Assembly: GCA_977862235.1 (NCBI GenBank)
Contig: OZ374564.1
Span: 62,001-126,000, forward strand
Source: Dudresnaya verticillata
Lineage: Eukaryota
Length of the DNA: 64,000 nt
Direction: 5' to 3'
Numbering within the stretch: the first letter of the stretch is position 1; each line of letters starts with the position of its first letter. Made by a program: the position numbers and the translations under genes. The notes below the pieces were generated by a model. It was not told where the DNA came from. It did not search any database and saw nothing but the letters and a program-made list of their open reading frames with translations. Below, piece after piece: positions 32,200 through 44,250 of this stretch.

Positions 32200-33720
32200 G
32201 TGTGGAAGTCCACATTTCGTTAGCGACTTGGACGTAGGGGTTCCCCAGTCGCTGGAGTTGCGAGCGCTCAAGGCCGTTGCCGGCCATGGGTGTTGTATAC
32301 GGAATCCCGTTTTGGTCATAGCTCGCAATTCTAACTTAGTCGTACACGACTTGGGGGAGGAGGTGAGGTGTACTTGCGGTCGTCCGCTAGGGTGGGCCGC
32401 TGTGTGGGCATACGGCAGGTGATTGGTGCGGAAGGCGTCGGCACCATGATTATCCAATGGGTATTCATGGAGTGGCGCAATGCACGTGACTGGAATGCCC
32501 ACTGCGGCGGGTACAGTAGACTAAACGCGTACTGTGGTCTAGCCACATTAATTGGGTATACAGAAGTCTGATATCGAGTGTGTTTGCCAATGTTGCATGC
32601 TGACCCGGTTGCGTAAGCGCCTACCTGAGTAGTTGGGCGATAGGGCGAGCCAGCCCGTTTACGTCTAGTCGAGTTCGACGTGAGAAAGGACGTAGCCGTC
32701 TAGCTAAGTGGAATGCCACGCGAAGTAGTGGCATGCCCACTGTAGGGGTGCCGAAGGGCTGGGGCGCGAACTCTCGGTCGTGTGGAATACCACTGATGTC
32801 AAACGCTTGCAGCGGTAGATGCCACATGAGCAAACGCAGGCGGAGGTACCCCCTTATCGTTGGGGCAGGGGTACACCAGTCCGCCAGTGGATCGTGGTTA
32901 GTGTTTACGGAATTCCGTTCAGCATAATTGCTTTTATAGCGTCTGCCGTAGACGACGGGGAGGTGGCTGCAGTAGTTGGTTGCGTCCTTTGTAGGGGTGC
33001 TCCCAATGGTTGTGCATAAAAGGCCTTTTAACCCCGGGTTTTCGTGGGACACCACATCTTAGGGAGGTAGGGACATCGCGTCGGGTTCGATGCGTACGCC
33101 CCATGATGTGGAATTCCACTTTTAGTGTGCGGCCTATGTGAGGGCATCCCTTTCACAGGGGGGAACGGGCGCCTAAGGCCATCGACGGCTCACGGTAGGG
33201 GCTTACGCAATCCCATGTTAGGCAAAAAGGCCTTTGGGTTCGCTGACCCATCCGTGGCGGCATCGGCCCTTCGATTACGGAATTCCGTTGTAAACAGAAC
33301 TGCTTTGTTAGGATCCGCTGTAGACGGCTTGGAGGCAGCTGTGTTGCTCGACTGCGCTTTGCTACGGCCGCTGCAGGGGTGTTCCCCATTTGGGTTTGCC
33401 AACAAGGGCGTTGTGGGGCGCCTCATATGAGCGGGGTCGTGAGCGTTGCGTTGTTTTTGACGCGAATGTCCCGCGATGCGGAATTCCGCTTTTTGTGTAC
33501 AACCTGCGCCGAGGCGTTCCCGTTCGTATAGGGGAGCGGCAGCTCAAGGCCGTTAGTGGCTAGGAGCAATCGTTACGGAATCCCGTTTTGTGCATGCTTG
33601 CGTCGTTGACTTAGTCGTATTCGACTTTGGGAGCCACGAGGGCGATCAATTGCGGCAGACCACTAGGGTGAGTGGGTGCGCGTGGGGAAGATCTGATTGG
33701 TGCGGTGATAATTATGTCGT
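32200..33720. repeat. Diverged ~370-bp tandem repeats containing about 10 short palindromes NNGG-N4-CCNN
   Basis: Palindromes at 32202, 32299, 32708, 32782, 32907, 33044, 33108, 33277, 33478 and 33575. Spacings of 201 and 97 bp recur between units. Confidence 0.75.
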
Positions 33721-33864
33721 GGCCGACCAATGAGATACTATATTGTGGCGTACAGTACCCTCATTGTAAGTGCGGCAGCTACTGTGGCATCGACTCCCCA
33801 ATGTGGTATGTCCACTCCATGTGCGACTTGAGCAGATATCTGCACACTTGCTATTTTGGAGGCT

Positions 33865-36800
33865 AGCCCACCATGGCCTTGGTAATGGTGGCGGGGACGC
33901 CGAGGCGTTTCCTTTTACAATAGGAGATGCCTTGGCTCCGGGGGAGGTGTTGTATGGGCTCCCACGTATTTTGGGATGACGGGTACCCATACCATTTCAC
34001 TTCAAACAGAAGTTCTGTATTATCATAACTGTGGTTCACCCCTTTTTAGATGATATACTCGTCACGTGGCGCAGTGTCTTCATTGTGTCGGCGCCTTGAT
34101 GACAGGGTTTCATCTGGTGCCGGTGCTTGAGGTGGGTCCTCTGGCCGAGTATCCAACTGTGACGCGCGTGGCGCGGCGGTAGCTATACGGCGACTCCGTC
34201 TGGGGCTTGGCGTGCCAATGGTCGCGGTTGTTTCTTGATTGCGGTCTGCCGCTTCTGGTCCGAGGTTCTGGCTCACGAGAGGCCGCGTAGGGATTTCCCT
34301 AATGATGCCGTCAAACTTGACGCCCTTTCTTGGTGGGCGTGGAGAATTCTCCTTGTGATGGTCTTGCGTTCTCAACGCGTCTGGCGCCACATCGCGTGTC
34401 GCCCTTTCAGGGGCGTAATCCTTCCCCTCAGCGGGTCGGGTTTCGGCCTGACTAGGGGGCCCTGACGCGGAGCTCTCGGTTACTCGGCGAGTAGGCGAGC
34501 CTTTGCGGAGTATGTCCGGCGTGGTTGCTTCTTGTGGAATATCCACATTATCAAGGGTAGTTCTCGTTGGTTGCGAGAGGGGCTTCCCTTGAGGAGTATG
34601 CCCCGGGGCGGAAGTCGTGCCTGTGTTGTGTGCAGATTGCCGCTGACGAGGCATTTCCTCCCCTACTGTACCGTCGACGGCCTTGGCGCCTTCTGAAGCA
34701 GCGTGCGGTTGATCCGCGATGGGGTGCCCATTTGCGCGGGCACACGGGCGTCGTTCGCTGGCCTGGATTCCGGCTCCGAACTTACGGACGCAGGAGTTGG
34801 CGTGGATGCGGCGGCTTCAACGCGTGTGGTAGGTGGTGAGTGAATTGTGGTAGTCCGCGTGCGGACCCCAGCGGTGCGTCCGGGTACTATGGGCGGCGGT
34901 AAATCCGCCAACCCGCGATCATTGCGTGGCTGTACGGCTGGCGCCACGGCATGAAAGGTAATTGGGGCATTCTCCCCGTGAGAGACAGTAGCTCCGGCAG
35001 AGCACTGTACTCGAGTATGATCGTTATTGAGATCGTTCTTTCGCGGTAAATCCGCATCTGTCGGGCCTGCCGTCCCTTCGGCGTTGGCTTGGTTGGTCGC
35101 GTCCCTTGGTGGGGCGGGTGCCAACACGACTCTGTCGCGGGAAATCCGCTCGTACTCAGGCCCGTCCTTCTCGATGGTGACCGTCTTATCATTTGCGTCA
35201 CTCACGCGATAGGGGCCGTCGGCGATAGGCGCTAGTTTGTGTTTTGGGGTATCCTTCCCATAGTACGCCTTGCGTACGTAGACGTAGGAGTCTACTCCGA
35301 TGACGTCGCGTGAGGGACGTACCCTGTTATCGAAATTGCGTTTGTATCGCGCATGTGTCTGGTCAACGCCTTTTGTGGCCGTTGACAGTAGTCCTGTGAG
35401 CCAGGACTGCCACTTGGCGTGGAATATAGCCGAACTCGGCACTGGTTCCAGTGAGGGGTTTGATTCGACGCTTAGAGCGGGTGGAGGTCTGGAAAGTACC
35501 AGCTGGAAGGGGGCCAGGTTCGTGGTAGAATGAACTTGCGTATTGTACGCGTAGGTGATGGCATCTGAGAATAAATCCCATTCACGCGGATGGTCCGGAA
35601 CGTAGTGCAGTAGCGCGGCGCGCATTGTGCGGTTGAACCGCTCAACCTGCCCATTGCATTGGGGGTGATAGGTTGTAGTAAAGAGGTTTTTGATCCCCAA
35701 CGTTCCACATAACGACTGAAACAACTTTGCGGCAAATTGTCCGCCATTGTCCGACAGTAGGTACAACGGAGGTCCGTAAACGTAGATCCAATGCGTAATG
35801 AACGCTTCGGCAACTTTCGCAGCCGTAATCTTCTTCATCGGAACTGTCAGAACGAGTTTGGAGAAACGGTCTGTGATAACCAAGAGGAATCGATTGCCTC
35901 GTTTCGTGCGAATCAGTTCGCCATAGATGTCAATGGAGACAAACTCCAGGGGTGCTTTTGCTGGAAACAGCTTCATTTGCTTGGTATTACGGCGTAGCAT
36001 AACGCGATTGCGTGCACACGTTGTGCAGTTTCTTACGGTGGCGTAACAGTCCACAGCCATGGAAGGCCAGTAGAATGATCTACGGAGTGAGTAATATATC
36101 TTGCGACCACCGGGATGTCCGGATAGTTTCAGGAAGTGTGCCAGGTGTAGTAAACGTGCGCGAAGAGTAAATGGTATCACAATTTGAGGAAGTGCCTCTC
36201 GTGTGCGAATGAGGACTCCTGTCTCGTCCAGCGCGAACGGTAACCCCTCCCCCCGTTAAGACGAGACGCAGGGAGGTGCAGAAAGCATCTGCTAATTGCG
36301 TTTGAAGAAGCTCTTCCGTCGTGATTGGGCGCAAGAGCTCGGGCTGTGATGAAGGCGGATTCGCCAGGAGGAGGAGATCGGCGACGGCGTCATCTAATTC
36401 GAGGCATTCCTCCGTATGGCAAACGGCGCAGGTTGAAGGAGCGTCCGCCTCAACGTGGAAACACGGAATTTCGTCGTCGATATCGACTTGGGTTTCGCCA
36501 AGCGTTTGAAGACGCGAAAGGGCGTCCGCTTGGGTGTTGATGCGTCCCTTCTTGTAGCGGACGTCAAAGTCGAATTCCGACATACGTAAGCGCCAGCGCA
36601 TAAGGCGCCCGGAGGGATAATTAATCTCCATTAGCCAACGAAGAGATGAGTGATCGGTGTGTATGGTAAACCTTTCCATTTGTAGATAGGGCCGTAAAGT
36701 GGTAACGGCCCACACCAATGCCAAACACTCCTTCTCGGAAACCGAGTAGTTTTTTTCGGCCGCTTGCAGAGAACGGGACCAGTACCCGAGGGGCTTCCTC

Positions 36801-39028
36801 GTACCGTCGGTGTGCGTTTGGAATAAGGCGCAGCCGACCTGGTAGTTCGACGCGTCGGTATCGACAGAATAGGGCAAGCCAGGTTTTGGCAGAGATAGTA
36901 CTGGTGGTTCCGTGACAGCTTTGATCAGCGTCTGGAACGCTGCCTCTTGTTTTTCGTCGAGCGACTCAATGTTGTCCGGGTGATCCTTTTTGAGGAGCCG
37001 GTTCAGTGGTCCTGCCACGTGAGAGTAGTTGGGGACAAACCTCCTATATACGTTACACAATCCGAGGAAAGACCTCAATTCCGTTTGTGTACGTGGGTGT
37101 TTTGCTTTGCGGAGTGCCGCAGTGACCATTGGGTCGACCCGCAGTTCGCCGGGGCGGATGATATGGCCCAGGTAGTTGACGGTGTTTGTGAACAAGTCAC
37201 ATTTCTTCAGTTTGAGGGCAACCCCGGCTTGGTCCAATGCAGTCAGGATCTGCTCGACGTGTTTAAAGTGGGATTCCACGTCCTTGGAGTAGATGATAAC
37301 ATCGTCCAAGTAAACGAGGCATGTCTGCCACTTGAAACCTGAGAGCAGGATATCCAGGGTCCGCTGGAAGGTGGCGGGTGCATTGGTAAGGCCAAATGGC
37401 ATTCTCTTGTAGCGGAAGGTTCCCGCATGGCATGTAAACGTGGTTTTGTCACGATCGCGACCGTTGATGGGGATTTGCCAATAACCCGAGTTGCAATCGA
37501 GCGTAGTGAAGACGTTTGCTTCGCCGAGTGAATCGATGCATTCATCGATGCGAGGTAACGGGTATGTATCCCGAACGGTCGCGGTATTTAAACGTCGGTA
37601 ATCGGCACAGAATCGTAAGGTACCGTCATTTTTAGGCACCAAAACAACTGGAGACGCCCAGGGAGATTGTGCCGGTTCTATGACGCCAGCTCGTAGCATG
37701 CGGTCAACTTCCGCTTGTTCCACTTGGCGTTGCTTCGGACCCGCCCGATAGGGCGGGCACGAGAACGGCCTCGTACCCGGAATCATATCGATGTAGTGTT
37801 CCGTAGTGGTGATTTCACCTAGTGAACCATCCCACATTGTAGAAAACCTACCAAGTAATTGCCGCACGCGCTCGGCGTGATTCTCCGTCAGGTGGGATAA
37901 ATCCACGTCGTCCACCGAAGGTGGGGGTTCATTTTCAGCTCCAAGGGTCTTCGCGTGAGCGTCACCTTTGTTTGTCGTATTCGACAGTCTTCCCAGTCGT
38001 TGGGTTCTTGTTGCAGTATCGTCCGCTAAGTCAGCCAACCCAAGCACGTCCGCCAGTCGGATGGGACTGGGCTCCACGGCGGTGGGGTGCGGGAGGGCGG
38101 TCGCGACGACCTGGTTCTTCGGAAGAACTTGGTCGTGCGAGGTGAAGTTCGCGACTAGAATGCGGAACGGCCGCTTTGGTTCAACATGGGCTATCCCATT
38201 CGTTGCAATGATTCCCTGCCGGTGATACGGCTTGTCGTAGGGCTGAAGGCAAACCAGTCCCGCGCGTTCTGTGGTTACTGACACCCACTTTTGCGCTTGG
38301 GCTGGGATTACGGTTCGTCCCGCTACGCGTATTTTCGTTGAGGTGTGACCTCGTAGTGGCTCATACTCCTGATCACCAGGTAGTGGCGGAGCCGTGGGCG
38401 GTCGCTTCAATGGTCGCCGTGTAATCGGCACGCGAGTCCCATTGTCGAGTTCGACGTCACGGCTCTTCGGATAGATGGCTTCTACGAAACGGTCGCAGAA
38501 GTCACATCCGAGAATGACCGGGGCGGCGAGTCTATCGCAGACAATAAAGTCAAGTTTGACAATGCGGTCGCCCAGTCGAACGACCAAGGCGATGACGCCG
38601 GATGTTTGCAACGGCCTATTGTTGGCGTCGCTGATCGTGGGGATGTCCTCTTCTCGAATGCGGGATTCCGCTTGAGGTGGTAGTTAAGATTTTCTGATAA
38701 AGTTGGGACCGGCATCTGTATCTAGCACAGTACGTTTACGCGATAGGTAGCTTGGGTGTAAACCCGTATCTGCGTATAATTTAAAGTTGCACTTTGCCGC
38801 TATCAGCAATTCGCCTTGTGCATGCGGCGGACGGTACCGGTGCCAGGGCCTGCGCAATCCTGTCATGGGTGGCGAAGCCGAGGTCCGACTAGTCCTTGCA
38901 GGGTTCTGCAGTATGATCTTTGGAGTGATATCCTCCTGCTTGTCGAGTCGTGACCCTTGAGCTTCGTTCGGAGATGGTTCCGGTTGAAGTTCCCCAGTCA
39001 AAGGGGGTGTGACCCCGACTAGTTTTCC
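33865..39028 (-). pseudogene. G1 pol: protease, RT, RNase H, integrase, chromodomain (frameshifted, stop-containing)
   Basis: VLDTDAGPNF, YLDD, VDTDAS, HHCC and DDE integrase motifs. Past an in-frame stop: EYII*K...FEVKWYGYPSSQNTWEP chromodomain. Confidence 0.93.
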
Positions 39029-41434
39029 GAATTGCGGATGTCCGCTCGTCCGTCGCGCCCATTCGCAGGGGACTGTCCAACGGGCGTGAATGCCTGAGGG
39101 TGGCGTTCGCTAGTGTAGGGTACCACATTGGGCGGTCCCTGGGGTCAACCTTGAGGACTTGCCTCATCGTATTGTGCCTGTGCTTTCGCCTTCATGTAAG
39201 ACGTAGCCGGCACACGCTCGCGGTCGACCGCACTGAGCGATTCATAATTCAGGATAATCCTCAGGTAGTCCTTCCATGCTAAGAAGCATTCGGGCGAAAC
39301 ATGCCCAGGCTTGTAGCAAATGTGACAGATGATTGTCTGCTTGGGACCGAGGTTTCTTTGGGGATTTCCCCTATCTTGCCAGCCCGGCCGTGCGCACGTC
39401 ATCCCAGGCGAATGCTCCTTGTATGGGATGCGCGGGGCCGGGACTTGACGAGAGCGCATAAGAAACGCGTTATCTTCGCTTTCGTAGGATCCTACTTGTG
39501 AGTCGGTCGGTGGGTCGGACGACAGCAGTGCCACGTCTGGATACAAGAGGTGTACCTCGGCATCCTGCTCGCCCACCTGCCTACGTGGAACTCCACTTCC
39601 GTCTCGAAATTCAATAGAAGACTCGGCCATCATAGCGGAATTTCCGCGTCCTGGACGACGACCTCCTGAAGTTGCGGTACGGCCAGCGAGTTGGTCTTGT
39701 CCAGTGCGTGGTGCGCGACTTCTTCCACGGTGAGTTTCACCTTCATCTTAAGCGTAATGCACTAGTCGTTCAAACGACAATTCATGACAAGGCGTTTCCT
39801 CTCGATACCGGGCGACTAGCGAGCGGATGATCGGATCGAGGCCGTCGATGAAGTACTTCATCTTCTCCCATTCCTTGTGGGCATTTCCACACATCGGTTA
39901 CACGCTTTCGAGACTCGCATCCCGAAGCGTGTTTCCGATTCGCCAGTGTTCTGCCGAAGGGCACGGAGCTCGAGGATTACCTCACGTAGCGCGCTCTGTG
40001 ACGCATAGGTCCGCAGAAGATACTGCACAGCTTCCGGTCATGAGGATACTCCTCCATTAGAACGGGGCGGAGCGGCCTTGACCGAACGAAATTGAGTAGC
40101 GGCATCTCCGCGTAAGAAGTAGGCCAAGGCGATGAACGCCTGCGCCTCCGACATGTCGAGAGTGTCGGCCTCGTCGACTAGCCTGCAGAGAAACTCCAAA
40201 ATCAACACGGGGTCTTCCCCATTAAAGGAACAATCCTTCATGGTTAACTCCTGTCTTTTGATCTGGTCCTTGATCTTGCCGGTCTGTCGGCTTGTACGGG
40301 ATTGTTCCGTATTCTGTAGGCAGTAGTGCCTGTAGGACAGCAATTGGTCATACAAGGGGTTCGTTGGTTTCAGCTCCTTGAGGTGCTTATAACGCGGCCC
40401 CTTGCGTCGTATACCATCATTGCGACGGGGATTTCCCCAAACTTCTCCATCGGAGCGGTCTGAGTCCGAATTGTCGGAAGCCGACCGGGAGGAACTTCCG
40501 TAGCCGTGGCGATGGTGACGGCGACTGCGGGTATTCCGCGTTGAGTCACGATGCCGGTTTTGACGCCGTTCTTCTCGGCGCTCTTGACGATAATCGTCCT
40601 CATGCTGATGGTCAGCACACCTGTAAGGGCAACTGTCCTTGGGATAAGTGTCCCCGTGTCGATGGCGATTGTCGAATTCTACTTGTCTTCTGTTTGCGCC
40701 TCGGCCATCGGGAGGCAGGGGCGGTTCCCGCTCATTGAGGCATATGCCCTCTAGTCGTTCCAAACGGTCGGCAATCCGCGTTATGCGATCATCGAGCGGG
40801 AGTTCCGCGGGTAAGCTTGGGGGCTAGGAAGGGGCCCCCTTGCGGGAGTAGCCCCGCAGGTTTCGAGGAGGCGGTTAAGGTCTCCTCGAAGTGTGCGGAC
40901 CTCGACGGCGAGGTCCGGGTGGTTCTGTGGAGGATTCTCCAGGACGAGGTCAATTCGAGTACCAACCTCGTCGATAAGTTGGTTTACCAAAGCGAGGCTG
41001 TCCTTTATCTCACGCGACAGCCGGGCGGCAAAAGCCTGGTCTTCCATGAGGCACACCTCCTGAATCGCACTTCGGGGAATAGTAGTCCCGTGTATGAAGG
41101 CAACGCGGGGTGCTTCCTCTTGGACTGTGGGTGGCTCCACCGGCGGCGGAAGTGATGCCGAAATCGGCGGTGGTGGATTGGGCAGCGGCGGCGGAGGTGC
41201 CGGCTGCCCGCCTTGGTCTTGGCCAGTCGGGAGAGTCCGGGCTGGGCCAGGAGGTACGATCTCCACCGAGGGGGGAATGCGAGGAACCCCCTCATTGGGT
41301 ATTGCGGAAAAAGCGGCTTGGACCGCAGGACTTGCCTGCGCACGTGCACGCGTCACTATATTGGCAGCGGTCTGCGTTGGTACAGACCTTGCCGATGACG
41401 GCTGTCGACGGGTGGGCATGGCAGATAACTGCAA
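39019..41434 (-). pseudogene. G1 gag (fragmented)
   Basis: FNGEDPVLILEFL...MSEAQAF capsid-like block; CHICYKPGHVSPEC knuckle; ends ...SEN* at 39019. Confidence 0.88.
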
Positions 41435-41524
41435 TGTAAGGGTTTGAACCAGAAGAACAGGATTTCCGTAACGTAGGCAACGTAGCCAATCGGAATTTCC
41501 GAACTTCTAGGTCGGGAGACCAAA

Positions 41525-42302
41525 TGTGGTGCAATCCACTCGGTAGAATCGAGGATGCACCTCAGGCGGTTCGGGGGCCTGGCGGTAGCAGGTGAGGTAG
41601 TAGCGGTAGAGCAGGAGAGTAGCCCCGTAGTGCGACTGTAAAACACTACAAGGCCGAGAAAGGGGGTTACCCTAGAAAGAAAGAGAAAACAAAGGAAACA
41701 TAAGAGAAAAACAGGATTCTGTACGATGAAGAAGGGTAGCGTACGTACTGAAGTCCAACCTAGCGAGGGAGTCGATAGGGTAGGAGGGTATGTCTCGCTG
41801 GGCCCAAACTTAGCCGTTTACTGTATGAGGGCGCACCTCGGGGCCCTAATATACTATGTAGGAGGTGGGTGCGCCTTGGTGGCGGATTAAGGTAGTGGAA
41901 GGGGGGCGCGCCACTTGGTATTACGTGGCGCGCGCAAATCTATAATTATCTACTAAAATATCAACTGTCAGCCTGTTGGTAGTGTGGCTTGACAGTTTGC
42001 GCCAAGGGGGCGCACGTGTGCACGTGTACGCGTTGTCGTCTTGCGGGGCCATCCTTGCTGGCAGAGGGCGTCGGGCACTGTCAGGCCGGGTGCCTTACAG
42101 GGGCACTTCCCCAGTGTCATTGCTGGCGTATGCGCGTGGTGCCAGAGCTTATTACAGGAATTGGCTCTGAGATCAAACATCCGCGCAGCGGTTGATCCGC
42201 AGGAGCCGGCCGCTGTGCGTCCGTCGTCCGCAGTCGCGTGAGCTGCGGGTGGCTGCATTATGAAGAATTCTTCAGCAGGGCGTGATGGCGATTTGCGCCA
42301 CA
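41525..42302 (-). repeat. G1 5' LTR (778 bp)
   Basis: Followed on the minus strand by PBS TGGTCTCCCGACCTAGA (41506-41522). Confidence 0.92.
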
Positions 42303-42330
42303 AACGATACGACGCGAACGGATCCGAGAG

Positions 42331-44250
42331 GTGTGCGTCTTGGAGGACGATGCGATGCTCGCTAGATTCGCCGGGTTGCTGGTCAGTGTCGGAGGAATCG
42401 CAAGTCGTCTAGAGACGTTGGAAGAGGATCGGAACGGCGCCCTACAAGGGCTTCGATCCGACCTCGACCGTCTATTGACGAACCAAAACGCCCAAGGCGA
42501 GGGTACACAACCACCGCCGGCAGTAACGGTTCATTCGCATTCTGATCTTAGCTCACGCGAACGCTTTCAGCGACTTGCGAACCGCTTAGAGCGTCTCAAA
42601 ACCGCCAAGTGGCGCAATGGTCCACCGTCGGGTGACGAGATCTCAGGCGAAGATCGTCACAGACGTAAGGATCGGAAGAAACGCCGTCGCAAGCTGCGTC
42701 AGAGACGGAAGAAGAACCGTCATCGACGTGGGGACTCATCCTCGTACTCTTCGGACTCGTCAAGTGACGGAGAGTCATCAAACTCTTCGTCTGAGGACGA
42801 CGACTTCCCAACGCTCGTCATTGCCGCAAGACCTCGCGAAAAGCGGTTCAAGGGGTTGAAGGAGCTACGCCCCTCCAACCCCCTTTTCGATCAGTTATTA
42901 TCGTACAGGACGTACCGTCTCAAAGACGTAGGGCAAAAACGCTCAGGGCGCGATACGGGTAAGGTCAAAGACCACATCAAGCGCTTGGAGCTGACCATGA
43001 AGGACGCCGCCTTCAACGGCAGCGACCCCGTCATGGTCCTCGAGTTCCTGACGCGTTACGCGGATGAAGCCGATACGCTGGAGATGAGCGAAGCCCAAGC
43101 GTTCGTCGCGCTGCCGTACTTCTTGCGAGGTACGGCAGCCACGCAATTCCGCTCCGTCAAGTCGACGTCTTCTCGCCATCGCGGCGGGGTGTCTTCGTAT
43201 CCGGAGGCGGTACAGTACCTCCTCCGTACGTATGTTACGCCAGCGGCGATCAGGGACGCTGTCCTCGCCCTACGGTCGACTGCCCAAAAGCAAGGCGAGG
43301 ACGAGACTACCGATGGGATGCGGCTAGCAGGTGCGTGTATTCGTTGCGGTAACGTATATCCCGATTGGGAAAAGATGACGCTGTACATCGACGGGTTAGA
43401 CCCGTCGATCAGGTCCCTGGTCGCTCGCTTCCGAGAAGAAACGCCAAGGGCGGAGTTGTCATTTGAGCGGCTGGTCCACTTCGCACAAGACAAAGGGGAT
43501 GCCAACCGCGCACGACACGGCAGGGCCGGTTCCGCGTCAGCACGACGTGACCTACTGACACCGGCTCAAGCCGTACGCACACCGCGATCCGCCATCGGCG
43601 ATGCCCGAGGGGTACTGCGTCCACCGACGAGAGGCACCAAGCCTGGAGCGCACGCTATGATAGCGGAGTCCTCCGTCGAGTTCCGAGACGTTAGTCGCCC
43701 TGTCGATGACATGGAAACACACGCCGAAGGCGATCTGTACTTGGCAGACGAGCAAGCGTCGGTGCCAAACTCGGCTCTACCGACGGACAGCTACGTCGAT
43801 AGCGAAGACGAAAGGGATATGGACCCTGCTCTCGCCTTTGGGCGCTCGGTCGTACCAGCGCTACGCGTCCCCTATTCCGAGTATCCTCCTCACGTTCACC
43901 GAGCAAGGCCCGGATGGCAGGACAGAGGCCCGCCCCGTCAAGACGCGCGTCGGCAGCTGGTATGCCACCAATGCTACGCCCGCGGACACATCGCGCCGGA
44001 CTGGTTCCTCCGCATGAGCGACTTCATGAAGGTTATTACCAACTGTGAAGGACTAACCGAAGCCGAGAAGGCTGGTGTCCCCGCTGATGCGTATGTACGT
44101 TGCAAGGAACGCGTGACCCGCGACGCTGCTCGCCGTGCTGCACGACCACAATCGCCACGAGGCGGACCCATGCCACACGCGGCAGAACGTCATCCGACGA
44201 TGATCAATCGCTATGTAGCGCCACAACCACCGCCGCAGGCGAAAAACTAA
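42331..44250 (+). CDS. G2 gag (5' end probably truncated)
   Basis: Strong similarity to G1 gag. Degenerate knuckle CHQCYARGHIAPDW. Ends G AAA AAC TAA. Confidence 0.88.
   Translation: MCVLEDDAMLARFAGLLVSVGGIASRLETLEEDRNGALQGLRSDLDRLLTNQNAQGEGTQPPPAVTVHSHSDLSSRERFQRLANRLERLKTAKWRNGPPSGDEISGEDRHRRKDRKKRRRKLRQRRKKNRHRRGDSSSYSSDSSSDGESSNSSSEDDDFPTLVIAARPREKRFKGLKELRPSNPLFDQLLSYRTYRLKDVGQKRSGRDTGKVKDHIKRLELTMKDAAFNGSDPVMVLEFLTRYADEADTLEMSEAQAFVALPYFLRGTAATQFRSVKSTSSRHRGGVSSYPEAVQYLLRTYVTPAAIRDAVLALRSTAQKQGEDETTDGMRLAGACIRCGNVYPDWEKMTLYIDGLDPSIRSLVARFREETPRAELSFERLVHFAQDKGDANRARHGRAGSASARRDLLTPAQAVRTPRSAIGDARGVLRPPTRGTKPGAHAMIAESSVEFRDVSRPVDDMETHAEGDLYLADEQASVPNSALPTDSYVDSEDERDMDPALAFGRSVVPALRVPYSEYPPHVHRARPGWQDRGPPRQDARRQLVCHQCYARGHIAPDWFLRMSDFMKVITNCEGLTEAEKAGVPADAYVRCKERVTRDAARRAARPQSPRGGPMPHAAERHPTMINRYVAPQPPPQAKN

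Larger units (their letters stand above)
29390..42302 (-). mobile_element. Ty3/Gypsy chromovirus G1 (two LTRs, decayed gag-pol, antisense extra ORF)
   Basis: 778-bp LTRs at 29390-30167 and 41525-42302. PBS 41506-41522. PPT GGGGGGGAGA at 30168-30177. Domain order gag-PR-RT-RH-IN-chromodomain. Flanks do not match (TGGAC vs AACGA). Confidence 0.93.
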
